A stretch of 64,000 nucleotides of DNA from a virus (Duplodnaviria; Caudoviricetes): positions 85,135 to 149,134 of IMG/VR virus record IMGVR_UViG_3300038673_000220. One strand, written 5' to 3'. Under the pieces are notes generated by a model, which did not search any database, had not been told where the DNA came from, and saw nothing but the letters and a program-made list of their open reading frames with translations. The first letter of the stretch is position 1. Each line of letters starts with the position of its first letter. Made by a program: the position numbers and the translations under genes. Below, piece after piece: positions 28,538-40,792 of this stretch.

Positions 28538-31500
28538 ATGGCGACTCAAGACAATGAAGGATTCGATCTGCCGAATCTTGAATCGAAACTCAATGAGCCA
28601 GAACCGATCATAAATCCTGATCCCTCTGACCAAATATCAAATGAAGATAAACCTGTTTATGTTAAGAAGAGTAAGAAAAGAGATACATTCAAGAAATTAG
28701 AAGCTTCTAAACTCACTATCGATCAAATCAGTAATGAAGTAAAGAAAGCTTTTGATATTAAAATAACCAATACAGATCCATCAGACATTTCAGCTCTTTT
28801 AGATAACAACAAACGAAGAGCTCTTTATCAAGCTGATATATCTCAAACAGTTACGAGTGAACGTAACTTATACAAGCTCTGGATACCTAAGGTAAAGAAT
28901 ATTTTACCGTTAGATCTGTATGGAACTAAATCGATCAGTGATGCGGCTATTGACGGTCCAACACGATTGATTATTAAAACGCTTGAAAGACAGAGGAAAT
29001 TATCTGTTGATCAGTTTGTTCGAAATCAAGCTCGTGATATCATCAATGAGCGTTTCCAATTAAATGCTCATAAAGATAATTTATCCTTTTTGAGTCATGT
29101 AGTTGCTAATACTAAGAAGACATCATCTTTTCTTGATACGTTTGTTAAGAAATACATGATGACGAGTATTGAATTGAAATTTAAGCATATCTTTGTTTCT
29201 CAAGATATCTTAAAGCATACTAAATTGATGATTGAAACATTATCATCTAAATTAGACTCTGTTAAACATAATACAGCATTATCAGATGTAGCTAAGATTT
29301 CAGCATTTGCTGAATTTAAACGAACGCTTCGTATTAAAGCAAATACGATGTTAGCTGATGCAGCTTTAGCTCAAATCAAAGGTCCTGTAACGAAACTCAT
29401 TAACGATATCGTTACTCGAACGAAAGATGCTGCTGTTGATAAATATCAACGTTATACTGGAAATTCACCTATCGAATTTTCAGGTGATGTTGATGAAAAG
29501 TTATCTGACAAGACCAAACGATTAGCTCGAAAAGTTAAAGGTGACATTGGTTATACTGATAGGTCCTTTCTATCACCCAATATGTCAAAAATAACAGATA
29601 TTGAAAATCAAACATTAGTATCGAAATCTTTATCTTCAGTCCTTGATATCATTAAAGATAATAAAGAGGCTAAAGGTATTCGAACTCTCGGTGATAAAAC
29701 TAATAAAAAGGCTACATTTGATGAATTAACTCGAAGAAGTGTTATCGATATCATTCCAAGTCTTTTAGCTAAGATCCACCAACAAGTAACGAAATCTTCA
29801 AATATACTCCTCTTTAATACAAAACGAGATCTTTACAATTACAATACAGATGATCTTGACGCTGAAATCAATGCAAATGAAATACGCTTTGATAAGACTG
29901 CAGAGAAATTTGTTAATGATAAAGATCTCGGTGATAAGCTTATTGAAGATACTTTTGGTGATAGAGCTGAACGTGGTCAGATAATTCAACCTATTGTTAA
30001 TAAATTCTACAAAGGATTTGTTGAACATGGTGGAGATAAGGCTGCATTCGAAAGAGCTCTTCCAAGTATCGTAACCTTCATTACTAATATATCTAAACAC
30101 GCTAAAATCGTTAAGCTTGATCACATCAAGAAATACTTGAATGGTGCTGACCTTACAGCATTTGAGAAGGCTTATCTTGACTCTATATTTGTTGATATAC
30201 CCCAAGATCTTAGAAAAGATGTAGCAGCTATTCTGACTCAATCTTTTTTTAAGGATATCGATAAGAACGAAATCGACACAGCTATATCGGATGATATAGG
30301 AAAACAACTTCGCGATATCATCAAACTTCGTCAATCTGAAATAGAGAAACTCACTGAGTTTGGACGTCAAGGTGATCTCAGGAATTCTGATATCGTTGAT
30401 AAAGAAACTGGTCAACTTAAGCATGACATTATTCGTAAGAAGTATGCTAACGTTGATATCGAAGGTATTAGATCGAATCTCTCTACGGAGGAAGCTACTG
30501 AACAATCTTCTCTTAAAGAAGAGATGGCTCAAAAAGTAAATGACATTAAGAATCGTACGAGTAGAACTATCAGGCGAGTTCGGAAACGTTTTCGTGGCGA
30601 TGAAGGATTAGAACCACCACCAATTCCAACAAGAGATCAGATTCAGATATCTGGTCCAGGTGTTTATACTCAAGGTTCTAAAGAAGAATTTCATATTCCA
30701 CTTGATAAGATTTCGGATAAGATAAGAGTTGGTATCATTAATCTCATTGGAAAATCTCGGATCAAACGAACTAAGGGTACTGATGAAATCATCGACCTTG
30801 ATGAGAAAGATGGTGTCTATCAACAAAGAGAACGTATAAATCTTAAGGATAAGCTCAAAGAGACTAAAGATAAATTACCTATAGATACGATTAAGCAAAC
30901 TATTCAAGATACTTTATCTGATATAGGTGAAAAAACTAAAACACAATATGATGACATAAAGGGATCTGATATTGATGGTAAGATCAGACGAATCGTAAGG
31001 CAGATCCTTAATAATAAAGGTAAAGCTAAAACTGATGAATATGAGAGTCGGGTTGAATTTAAAGGTGAACCTTGGAGACCTAGGAGTCAATCTCAACGTT
31101 ATGAGAAACCTACTGAAGAGTCTAAAGATGATAAGGTTTTAGATTTCTTAAAAGATCAATTCGAAACGAATAACATCATTCAGGAATCGCAACTCCAAGC
31201 TTTAAATGCCATCATTGGAAAACTTGATATTCTTGGATCAGGAAGCTCTGAAGAAAAAGAGAAACGAGCTAAATCTTTTCGTAGTTTATTTAATCCTATC
31301 AACTTCGGTAAGAAAGCTGTAGGTGTTGGATTAAAAGCTGGAGGTTTGTATCTCAAAGGTGTTGGTAAATTTTACAAAGGGTTATTCAACCTATCAGGTA
31401 AAGCTCTTAAAACGAGTGCTGGATTAGCCAGAGGTGGATTCGGTTTAGGGAAAGGAGCTTTAGGTATCCTTGGAAATATCATTCCAGGTATAGCTAACTT

Positions 31501-34500
31501 TTATGGAGGTGTTTATAAGAACATCTTTAAAGGTATGTTTGCTACTGGAAAAGGTGTATTCAACCTCGGTAAAAAGCTTTTTCGATCAAGTAATAAATAC
31601 GCTGACGTTTATCGAAAGGATGAAGTTGAATTAGGTAAACCTCTTTTAAAAGGTATCGACATTAAGAATGGAAAGTACGCTTATCTTAATGGTGGTATTT
31701 TAAAGGACAGCTTGTCTATAACTGAACCTATCATTGATACTGAAACAAACCAAGTCATTATATCTGAAGAGGATCTTGAACATGGTTTGGTTGATTATAA
31801 AAATAAACCTTTAAAGAGTAAAAACCTTTTAGGTAAGATCTTTAAAGGTATTGGAACGGTCGCTAAAGTTGGTGTCAAAGGTTATGGGATGGTACTGAAA
31901 GGATATTATTCCATGATGAAAACGATGCTTTCTGGAATATTCTCATTCATTCCAGGAATTGGAAAATTCTTCGGTAAGAAAAAGAAAGATGATCCTGGAG
32001 TTTTAGATACAGTTAATGTTAAAGAACTAATAACTAATCATCTTGTTAAGATAACTGAACTTTTACAACCGATATCAGCTCACTACGGTTTCATCCGCGA
32101 AGGAAGTTACGATGATTATAAACGTGATCGAGAAGCTGAAAAAGGATCTAAGAGGAAACGAATTCGTGATATTGTTAAAGAGAAAGGTCAAAGTCGAGTT
32201 GATTCTGTAAAAGAAGCTGCTAAGAAAGGTGGTGGTCTTTTAGGATTAGTTGGAGCAGCTTTAGGATTCGGCGGTGATGGCGATGGTGAAGGTGGTTCAA
32301 GTGCTTTAGGTACAGCTACAACTTTAGGAGCTGGAGGTTATGCTCTTAAGAAAACTAAAGATGTTATTGGTGGTATCTTTGGAAAGAAAGCTGCTACTGA
32401 AGGTGCTGAAGCTGCTGCCAAAACAACTGCAAAAGCTGCTGTTAAGAAAGGCTTACTTAGAAAAGCATTAGGTAAGGTTGGTGGTTCTAAAGGAGCGATC
32501 TTAGCCGCTTTAGCCACATCGCTTGGAGCGAATTTCCTTGGTGGAGATGATGAAGCTCCGAAAACAAAAATGGGGATGGCTGGAGATGTAGCAACTGATA
32601 TCGCAACATTTACAGCTGCTGATAAAGCTAAAGATCTATTACTCCCTAAAGTACTCAAGAAAGGTGGTGAAACTGGCGCACAGCAGTTAGCTAAACAAGG
32701 TATCTTAAGATCTGGATTAACAGCTCTCGGTAGATTCGGTTTTATGCAAGCTGCTAGAACTGCTGTTGTTAGTGGGGCAACAGCTATTGCTGGAGCTGTA
32801 TCAGCACCAGCTGTTTTAGCTGGGTTAGCTATTGCTGGTTTAACTACTGGTGGTTACGTTGCTTGGAACTGGAGTAAGAATAAGGATAGAAGAAAATCTA
32901 TCACAAAGATACGTAATAGTGTTTATAAAGTACCTGAAGATAAATTGAATGTTGTAATTGATCTGGAAAACGATTTATCTAAGGCTATGAATGATAATAA
33001 GAAATCTGATTTAGTTTCATCTAAACTTAAAGAGTATATCGAAGATTTTGGATTAGATCCTGATGATAAACGACAATTCATTTTCTTCAAACATTGGTAC
33101 TCAACGATATTCTTCCCAGTTTTTAAAGCAAGTTATGATATCATTGAACAATCTTTTAAAATCAAATTCATTGATCAAGAAAAGCTTTCCGATGATCAGT
33201 TGAATGAGTATAAGCAATCTATTGAAAATAACGGTATTTTCCAATCGCTTAAAGAAAACCAATTCGAATTATCTTCTAAAGGATTTCGTCTATGGGAAAA
33301 AGAAGAATTCTTTAAAGACGGCGAATACGTTGATAGTAATAAGAAGCATCAAGAACTTGAAGATCATCTTAAGAAAACAACTGATCTTATTAAGGATAAT
33401 AGCGCTATCTCAAAAGTAAGTTTTGAAGATATGCAAAAGAAGAATGAAGCTAAAATTAATGATGCTTGGGATGGTTACGGTATGGTAGGTGTTATGCCTG
33501 AATTTAACTTACCAACTGAATCTCCAAGTAAAGTTATTAATGAGATAAGTGATACAGAACGATCCACTGAGGAATATGCTGATTTATCGAAAGATAAAAG
33601 CTCTGGATTGGTTTTTAAATCGAATGGTAAAGTCAATCGTCGTAAAACTTGGAAGAATGTTGAAAAGCGTATCATTGAGCAGATGGTTAAACTCGGTTGG
33701 TCTAAAGCTCAAGCTATCGGTATTGCTGCTAATATCCACGCTGAAAGTAGTGGTGATATGACAGCTGTTGGTGATAGTGGTGCAACTTATGGGTTAGCCC
33801 AATGGCATCCTCCTCGTCAACGATTATTCAAAGCTAAGTTCAAGAAAGATATTCGACAAGCTACTTTTGATGAGCAATTAGCCTTTATCGATTATGAGTT
33901 ACGTAATGGTAATGCATTAGAAAGAAAAGCTGGTCGGTTGTTAAAGAAAGCTGGATCTCCAAGTGAGGCAGCTTCCGCATTCACTTATTGGTACGAACGA
34001 CCTAGAGATAAAGAAGAGCAAGCTCAGATACGATCAGCTTTTGCTGCATCTATTGCTCGTAATTATAAAGAGCTTAATGAGGAAGATATCCGTTCAGATG
34101 AGGATATGACTCCAGAGCAGATTGAAGCTTTTGAGAAATCTAAATACGAAAGCGATACTGAAACTGTAAATGTAAATGGAATACCTGTTAAAATACCAAG
34201 TGGTGGTGGAAGTACTTTAAGAGCAACTGGATCTGGTGCAAGCTCACCATGGGATAATTTTGGTGAACCATCTATCATACCTTCTGATAATATACCACAA
34301 ACTCCAAGTAGATCTAGTGTCACTTCTCCAAACAATATTGGAAAAAGCACTAAAGGATCTAAAGAATCCGATAAACTGACAGATCTTACTCCATCTGAAG
34401 GTATAAGTGCTACAGCTGGATTAGGTGAATCTGTTGCGAAATACGAATCTGGTAAAAAAGGCGTTATGACCATCAGTAGTGGAAAAGGTGATCCTGGTGG

Positions 34501-35905
34501 CGTAAGTTATGGTAAATACCAATTATCAAGTAATGCTGGTACATTAAGTAAATACCTGAAGATGTCTGGATACTCTGATCAATTCAAAGGTCTATCTCCT
34601 GGGTCAGCTGCATTTAATGCTAAATGGAAAGAACTTGGTTCTAAGGATCCTAAATTCGCCGAATCTCAAAATCAATTCATTCATAAAACTCATTATGAAC
34701 CAGCTTTTAAGAAAGCTCAAGAGTTAGGTTTTGATACGACAAATCGTGGTATCCAAGAAGCTATTTGGAGTGGTTCTATCCAACATGGTGGTATTAAAGA
34801 AATCTTACGAAGAACAGCTGCAGTACCTGGATTCGATAAAATGACTCCAGAACAACAAATAGCTGCATTCTATCAACAACGTAGCGACTACGCTTCTTAT
34901 TATATGCGTAAAAATGGAGCTTCTGAAGAACAAATCAAGAATGCTTCATATGGGCGTTATAAGAAAGAGATAAAAGATGTTATTGCACTATCTCAAGCTC
35001 AAAAGGATGATGTGACGAAACAAGAACCATCAATCCCGAGTCCTGTTGTTAATCAACCACAAATAGAAAATGATGCAATGAAAGATATCCAAGAAAAGGA
35101 TATCAAAGCTGGATTACCTAAAACTGGAATCCCTGAGGTTGTTAAGAAAGCTACAGAGGAAACTATCAGTAAAACTTCTGAACAACCTAAACCAGAGATA
35201 CCTCAAGTTGTTAAAGAAGCTCCCAAACCTATCAATGTTACTCCATCTAAAACTGAAGGAGTTACTCAACCAGTTGTTAGTCAACCTCTACCTCCTAAAG
35301 TTATTTCAGCTGAAGCTGCTCCAAAAACAGTTACTGAACCGGCTAAATCTGAAAATCAAGTTAAATCTGAAGCTGCTATAAAAGCTGCCTATACGAATTT
35401 CATGAGTGAGACTCCTGAAGAACGTAGAAGACGTGATGAGTTATTTAATCAGTATCGTAAGAATATGTCTTCTTTAGATGCTGCTCGTTTATCGAGAGAA
35501 AATGCTCACAAAGAATTTGGAAAACCTGTACAACCAGCAGCTATTCCGAATCAAATAAATCCAGGTACACCACAAACTCAACCGAATAGTGAAATAACTG
35601 TTAATGATCCTGAAGGTAAGAATCAGACGACATTACTTCAACAACAAAATGAACTCTTATCACAGATAGCTTCACTGTTAGGTGGAAGTGGTAAGAAAGA
35701 ATCTAAAGAAAAACCTGTTGAATCTGGCGTAACAGATAATAGTGCTGTTGTTACCAAACTTGATGAGGTCATAAGTGCTATTCAAGCTAATGCTTCAAAG
35801 GCTGTTGGAGAAACAATTCCTCAGCAGACTGGTACATCCTTAACGAGGAATGTTGAAGTTCCTTCAAATAAAGGATTAAGTGTTGGTCGACAATCTATTC
35901 AATGA
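28538..35905 (+). CDS. Giant tail-associated lysin/tape-measure-like protein (phiKZ gp181-like) with two muramidase domains
   Basis: Phage-tail-lysozyme motif GIAANIHAESS..YGLAQW at ~33670-34065; second lysozyme-like domain KYESG..GGVSYGKYQ..SIQHG at ~34420-34995; Gly/Ala amphipathic segments. Confidence 0.8.
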   Translation: MATQDNEGFDLPNLESKLNEPEPIINPDPSDQISNEDKPVYVKKSKKRDTFKKLEASKLTIDQISNEVKKAFDIKITNTDPSDISALLDNNKRRALYQADISQTVTSERNLYKLWIPKVKNILPLDLYGTKSISDAAIDGPTRLIIKTLERQRKLSVDQFVRNQARDIINERFQLNAHKDNLSFLSHVVANTKKTSSFLDTFVKKYMMTSIELKFKHIFVSQDILKHTKLMIETLSSKLDSVKHNTALSDVAKISAFAEFKRTLRIKANTMLADAALAQIKGPVTKLINDIVTRTKDAAVDKYQRYTGNSPIEFSGDVDEKLSDKTKRLARKVKGDIGYTDRSFLSPNMSKITDIENQTLVSKSLSSVLDIIKDNKEAKGIRTLGDKTNKKATFDELTRRSVIDIIPSLLAKIHQQVTKSSNILLFNTKRDLYNYNTDDLDAEINANEIRFDKTAEKFVNDKDLGDKLIEDTFGDRAERGQIIQPIVNKFYKGFVEHGGDKAAFERALPSIVTFITNISKHAKIVKLDHIKKYLNGADLTAFEKAYLDSIFVDIPQDLRKDVAAILTQSFFKDIDKNEIDTAISDDIGKQLRDIIKLRQSEIEKLTEFGRQGDLRNSDIVDKETGQLKHDIIRKKYANVDIEGIRSNLSTEEATEQSSLKEEMAQKVNDIKNRTSRTIRRVRKRFRGDEGLEPPPIPTRDQIQISGPGVYTQGSKEEFHIPLDKISDKIRVGIINLIGKSRIKRTKGTDEIIDLDEKDGVYQQRERINLKDKLKETKDKLPIDTIKQTIQDTLSDIGEKTKTQYDDIKGSDIDGKIRRIVRQILNNKGKAKTDEYESRVEFKGEPWRPRSQSQRYEKPTEESKDDKVLDFLKDQFETNNIIQESQLQALNAIIGKLDILGSGSSEEKEKRAKSFRSLFNPINFGKKAVGVGLKAGGLYLKGVGKFYKGLFNLSGKALKTSAGLARGGFGLGKGALGILGNIIPGIANFYGGVYKNIFKGMFATGKGVFNLGKKLFRSSNKYADVYRKDEVELGKPLLKGIDIKNGKYAYLNGGILKDSLSITEPIIDTETNQVIISEEDLEHGLVDYKNKPLKSKNLLGKIFKGIGTVAKVGVKGYGMVLKGYYSMMKTMLSGIFSFIPGIGKFFGKKKKDDPGVLDTVNVKELITNHLVKITELLQPISAHYGFIREGSYDDYKRDREAEKGSKRKRIRDIVKEKGQSRVDSVKEAAKKGGGLLGLVGAALGFGGDGDGEGGSSALGTATTLGAGGYALKKTKDVIGGIFGKKAATEGAEAAAKTTAKAAVKKGLLRKALGKVGGSKGAILAALATSLGANFLGGDDEAPKTKMGMAGDVATDIATFTAADKAKDLLLPKVLKKGGETGAQQLAKQGILRSGLTALGRFGFMQAARTAVVSGATAIAGAVSAPAVLAGLAIAGLTTGGYVAWNWSKNKDRRKSITKIRNSVYKVPEDKLNVVIDLENDLSKAMNDNKKSDLVSSKLKEYIEDFGLDPDDKRQFIFFKHWYSTIFFPVFKASYDIIEQSFKIKFIDQEKLSDDQLNEYKQSIENNGIFQSLKENQFELSSKGFRLWEKEEFFKDGEYVDSNKKHQELEDHLKKTTDLIKDNSAISKVSFEDMQKKNEAKINDAWDGYGMVGVMPEFNLPTESPSKVINEISDTERSTEEYADLSKDKSSGLVFKSNGKVNRRKTWKNVEKRIIEQMVKLGWSKAQAIGIAANIHAESSGDMTAVGDSGATYGLAQWHPPRQRLFKAKFKKDIRQATFDEQLAFIDYELRNGNALERKAGRLLKKAGSPSEAASAFTYWYERPRDKEEQAQIRSAFAASIARNYKELNEEDIRSDEDMTPEQIEAFEKSKYESDTETVNVNGIPVKIPSGGGSTLRATGSGASSPWDNFGEPSIIPSDNIPQTPSRSSVTSPNNIGKSTKGSKESDKLTDLTPSEGISATAGLGESVAKYESGKKGVMTISSGKGDPGGVSYGKYQLSSNAGTLSKYLKMSGYSDQFKGLSPGSAAFNAKWKELGSKDPKFAESQNQFIHKTHYEPAFKKAQELGFDTTNRGIQEAIWSGSIQHGGIKEILRRTAAVPGFDKMTPEQQIAAFYQQRSDYASYYMRKNGASEEQIKNASYGRYKKEIKDVIALSQAQKDDVTKQEPSIPSPVVNQPQIENDAMKDIQEKDIKAGLPKTGIPEVVKKATEETISKTSEQPKPEIPQVVKEAPKPINVTPSKTEGVTQPVVSQPLPPKVISAEAAPKTVTEPAKSENQVKSEAAIKAAYTNFMSETPEERRRRDELFNQYRKNMSSLDAARLSRENAHKEFGKPVQPAAIPNQINPGTPQTQPNSEITVNDPEGKNQTTLLQQQNELLSQIASLLGGSGKKESKEKPVESGVTDNSAVVTKLDEVISAIQANASKAVGETIPQQTGTSLTRNVEVPSNKGLSVGRQSIQ

Positions 35906-35910
35906 AAAAG

Positions 35911-35942
35911 AGAGATACGGTACTCTAAAGTACCGTATCTCT
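35911..35942 (+). terminator. Hairpin terminator
   Basis: 14-bp perfect stem after the stop codon. Confidence 0.7.
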
Positions 35943-36014
35943 TAATCCATATTTATCAATCTGAGCAATATTATGATCTTAACAGGTATTTTTCCTTTTA
36001 TATAGGGAGTTTTT

Positions 36015-37787
36015 ATGGCTGACGAAAAAGAATACGTTGAAGCAAAAGAGAATAGATTCATCTCAAGGGTTTCAATGGGTGATTCGTTTGAAACAAACGA
36101 AGCTATCATACGACATACATTAGATGATACATTAACAAAAGCTGCAGCTGCTGAAATCATTGCAGCATTGCCAAGTTACTCAGTTAAAGCTAAGAAACGT
36201 GATACTCAAGTCGGTGGTAATGAGGCAATCAACTGTTACTACCAATTCAATGAGAGTGATGATATCGTTCATACTATTAATAAAGTTGGTATGACTGATG
36301 ATGCTGGTATGGGTCGTGTTTATAATGAAACATTTGATCAACAGCAACAAATCCTCTATATGACTTTCGGTGTTCCTGATTTTACAAATGCGGCTAATTT
36401 TGTAAGCACCTTATATGACCAAAACTTAGCTACATTGATGAATACAGGTGACGCTAGTGTTTTAAATAAGGTTGGTCAATTCATAGGATACGCTATCGGA
36501 ACAGCATTGACGATACCCATAACCGGACCAATCAAGATCGTATCGAAGATCTTAGCTGAGCCGTCTCCATCTAAGTATTACGACATCTTACCAACGATGC
36601 CTTTGTATTATAAAACAGTTAATGTCATATTAGCTCATCTAGCATCAAATATGAATCTCATCCCTGGAGAAGATGGTGGAAGTACTGAAGGTGTTCCAAA
36701 CATTCTCAAGACTCATGGATTAGATATACTAACGATACTGTCTCGTAAATATTTTTATGATCAGATAGCTGAATCATCTGCTCCAACTACTGATGAACTA
36801 ATGAAAACGCTTTCTGGTGATAAAGATTATGAGAAAAATATTTGGGAAAAAGGTAAGGATGGTATTTCGGCAGCTGTTACAGAAGCTTTATTGCATGTGG
36901 GTTTCCGGGTTGAGAAATCGTCAGATAGTTCTGAATCAGCTTCAAATGCTACAAAAGAACCTGAGATACTAAGTAAGTTAAATGCTGAAGTTTCTGCTGG
37001 TAGAGAACGTACATTTAATCTCGGTGCAATTCGTGAAACTGGAGCTGGCCAAGTGCTTGATAGTCTTTATCAATCATTGATGGGATTTGCTCAAGGTATG
37101 GCTGAATCTATAAATGTTCATGGTGGAGCTGAGATACTAAAAGGTTCGGGTTTCGTCGATATGCCTGAAATTTATGCATCAAGTTCTTTCAGTAAGAGTT
37201 ATTCATTTAACTTCCAGTTGAGAACTCCTTACGGTGATCCATATTCGATTTTTTATTCATTGTATATCCCATTAGCTATGCTCTTAGCAGCAGCCTTTCC
37301 AAGATCCGTTGGTCAAAATACCTATACTTCACCATTCCTTGTACGAGCTTACTGTCAAGGTATGTTCGCTATTCCGATGGGTATCATTGATAGTATCCAT
37401 ATCCAACGCGGTGCTGCTGAATACGGTTGGAATGACGATATGCTCCCAACTCAGATCGATGTTTCCTTTACGATCAAAGATCTTTCGCCTATTATGCATA
37501 TTGCTATCGCTGATGGTGGTGTCAAAGATTGGATGGGTATCCTCGGTGAGAATTCATCTTTTCAGGAATACATGTTAACATTAGGTGGAGCTAATGTTGC
37601 TCAGCGTATCCTTAAACTTCAACAGATCAAGAATCGTACGAAAGCGTTGTTGAAGATTTTATCAAATAACAAGCTCAACCCGATGATGATGGGATTTTCA
37701 ATAATGAATACGAAGGTTGGACGAATGATAACGAAACTTAATCCTGTGAGTCGTGTTCCAGGTGCAGTTACTAATCCTGAAGGTTGA
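36015..37787 (+). CDS. Tail/baseplate hub structural protein (phiKZ gp182-like)
   Basis: GGNEAIN, GMGRVY, YMTFGVP and SPFLVRAY..G motifs; follows the gp181-like gene. Confidence 0.6.
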   Translation: MADEKEYVEAKENRFISRVSMGDSFETNEAIIRHTLDDTLTKAAAAEIIAALPSYSVKAKKRDTQVGGNEAINCYYQFNESDDIVHTINKVGMTDDAGMGRVYNETFDQQQQILYMTFGVPDFTNAANFVSTLYDQNLATLMNTGDASVLNKVGQFIGYAIGTALTIPITGPIKIVSKILAEPSPSKYYDILPTMPLYYKTVNVILAHLASNMNLIPGEDGGSTEGVPNILKTHGLDILTILSRKYFYDQIAESSAPTTDELMKTLSGDKDYEKNIWEKGKDGISAAVTEALLHVGFRVEKSSDSSESASNATKEPEILSKLNAEVSAGRERTFNLGAIRETGAGQVLDSLYQSLMGFAQGMAESINVHGGAEILKGSGFVDMPEIYASSSFSKSYSFNFQLRTPYGDPYSIFYSLYIPLAMLLAAAFPRSVGQNTYTSPFLVRAYCQGMFAIPMGIIDSIHIQRGAAEYGWNDDMLPTQIDVSFTIKDLSPIMHIAIADGGVKDWMGILGENSSFQEYMLTLGGANVAQRILKLQQIKNRTKALLKILSNNKLNPMMMGFSIMNTKVGRMITKLNPVSRVPGAVTNPEG

Positions 37788-37798
37788 TTGGAGAAGCC

Positions 37799-40792
37799 AT
37801 GAATGAAATAAGCTTAGAGTATCTTATTAGTGATTTTTCGATCTTTGAAAAAGCTAACATGATACGTAGGGTATCTGATATACACAATAAAGAAGTTAAT
37901 GCTCAGGATCTTGTATTACCTAAGAATCCAATGCTTCACATCTTGGATAATTTTGACCACAGTCATCAAAGTACAGATGATTTTGATATCAACAAATATC
38001 CGTTTTTAAATAACCGGACAAACATCAAATACTTGCATAACTTTATCCAGTTTGATGATATCGATAAATCCTTTTTGGACAAATTCGGACATCGTCTATA
38101 TCGTTCTAAACTTGTTGAAAACGTAAGAGCTTTCAGTTTATCTCATCGGAAAGAACTGATCCCACTAATAAAACTTGACACTGTTGTCAGTAATAAGAAC
38201 TGTGTCTTGGTTGAAAACTATAATCCAATTTACAGGATCATTGCGACAAATCAACGTCCTATCAATCAATATTACAGGTATCAAGCTATTTTTTCAACAG
38301 TGCTTCAGAATACGTTGAAATACGATCGACAGCATTTCTTGGTTATACCTGTTGATGACGATTTGAATATCAAACGATCTAACATCGTAGCTTTAGCTCA
38401 AGCTGAAGAAATGTCACCTCAGCGACTTGTTAACACGAGCCATTTCTATTTCTTCATGTTAGACTTAGCTATTCTTTTATTGAATAATGAGTCAAAGCTT
38501 ACGACTTTCAGCACATTAGCTTTAAGAGATATCAGTAGGCTTAATATCATTTTGATAAAGAATGGTAAATGTATCATATTCAATATCGGCAAACTAGCCT
38601 CATTGATAACAAGTAATACCTATGTTTTTGATTTCATCAAGACAATAATGAGATTTTCTTCAACTAGCCAAGAGATCGTAATTGATGATACAGACGAATC
38701 AGAAATCGATGAAACTCCAGTTGTTCAATCAATCATACCTCAATTGAAAAAGAGTTTCGATGTAGGGAAACCGTCGATCATCAAAACACTTATAGAGAAA
38801 GAGGTTGTTACTGAAACTGAAATAGATAGTTTTGAAGAAGAGCCTGTCCAAAAGGAAGCTCGATCTAAAAATTATCTTTTACCTAAAACATTGGACACGA
38901 AGATTATCTCTTCGATTCCTTTTTCAGATAAGCAAAAAACTCGTATAGAAACATTAGCTGATAAATACAAGTCCATCAAAGTAAAAACTGAATCAGGTGA
39001 GCGAACTATTGAAGAAATACTCAATGAGAGCGTTGATATAAACATTCAATCAGAACAGTTGAATGTTTCTCATAATGGTGAAGTTTCTGAAGATATGCTC
39101 GCTTCATCAACTATAGTCTTTGATAACAAATACCGTAATCAACTTCTTCATAAAGATATCTTGAATAACGTTGTCTGTTTTCAGGAGAACGGTTTATTCT
39201 TAACGAAGTATGATGAGAAAAATGAATACAATGAATTCACTCGAGTCAAGCATGTTAAAGTTGGATTTACAGATATCAGAGGAAAGCAACATACGATAAG
39301 CTTCAAATTACCGATGCCTGATGATGAAGGTTATTTCCTTGTTAATGGTGTTCGGTTGAGTATGTCGAAGCAATTAGTGAATGTTCCTATATGTAAGATA
39401 TCTCCAACTCGAGTTTCTCTTATCTCCAACTACAACAAGACGCTCGTTGATAAAGTACAATCTGTACGATATTCAATAGATGCTTTTTTAGCTAAGAAAG
39501 CTGATAAACTTGGAATAACACTTGTTCCAAAACTTAATACCTATGTTGGTATCAACCTTCCATACGAATATAAGCTTTTCGGTAAATCATATGCGAAGAT
39601 CCTAACTGATACATACACCTTTTATTTTGAGTACGAGAACCGATTCAAATTCTTCAATAACGAAGCTCTTAAAGAAGCTGAAAATGAATACGGAGTGGTT
39701 GTCGGAAAACTCAATGAGGGTAATAATCAGTATGTGTTTATGAATAAGCTGGGTATACTATCAGGGGTCGACTTAAACAGCTTTAATCAACTAAAAATTC
39801 CTAAGCACATCGTGGATTGTTTTGGCGATTTTCAAGTTCCACCAGAATGGTGCGATCTTAAGATCTTGGATAAAAACATACCGATCGGATTCATCCTGAG
39901 TTATAGATACGGACTCTCAAAAGTATTAACGAATCTGAAGATCCAACACACCTTCATATCAAAAGCTTCTGGTGAAAAACCTCAACCTTCTAATACGGAT
40001 ATCGTTATGCAGTTTGCTGATGGATGGTTAGTCATCAATCGGTATCCATTGATTCATAGTTACATCATTTCTGGATTATCATCATTTTCAACACTTTCGA
40101 ATTATCAATTCATCGATCTTGATGGTAAAGATGCTTATTATGGTTTGATATCCGAAAAAGGTATGAGTATGAACTACCTTAAAGGTATCGATAACTATTT
40201 TAGTTTCTTTATTGATCCTATTACGAAAGATGTTCTTCAAGAGATGGGTGAACCAACCAACACGAGAGATCTTTTGATCAGATCTGTTGAACTCCTGATC
40301 AATGAGAATGATAAAGCTCCAAGTTCCATAACGAACTTCAGATTACGATCGTCCGAAAAGATCCCATCGATGATCTATAATGAAATAGCTCGTCAATATG
40401 CTAACTATGTGAATAGTGAATTTAAGGATGTAAGTTTCAGTATCAATACTGAAGCTATCTTTCAGAGATTGATTCAAGATGAAACTATGAATCTTCGAGA
40501 GGATATCAATCCTATTCATTCTATCAAAGAAAATAGTCGAGTAACTCACGCTGGATTTGGTGGTCGATCTTCACAAGCTTTCGTATCACGAGATCGAAAA
40601 TACGCTCAAGATGCTATCGGTATCATATCAGAAGCTACAACGGATAGTGGAAGCGTTGGTATGGTAGCATCACTGTCTGGTAATCCAAGTATCAAAAACG
40701 TTCGAGGTATGTTCGATACAAACTCTGACTTGAATACAACTAATATATTAAGCGATGTTGGATTGTTGATGCCAAGCTCTTTGCACGATGAT
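37799..40792 (+). CDS. rpoB: Virion RNA polymerase beta subunit (phiKZ gp178-like), exon 1
   Basis: GYFLVNG..KQ..PICKISPTRV.L.SNYNK; GFGGRS; GIISEATTDSG.VG; ends ..LHDD. Confidence 0.88.
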
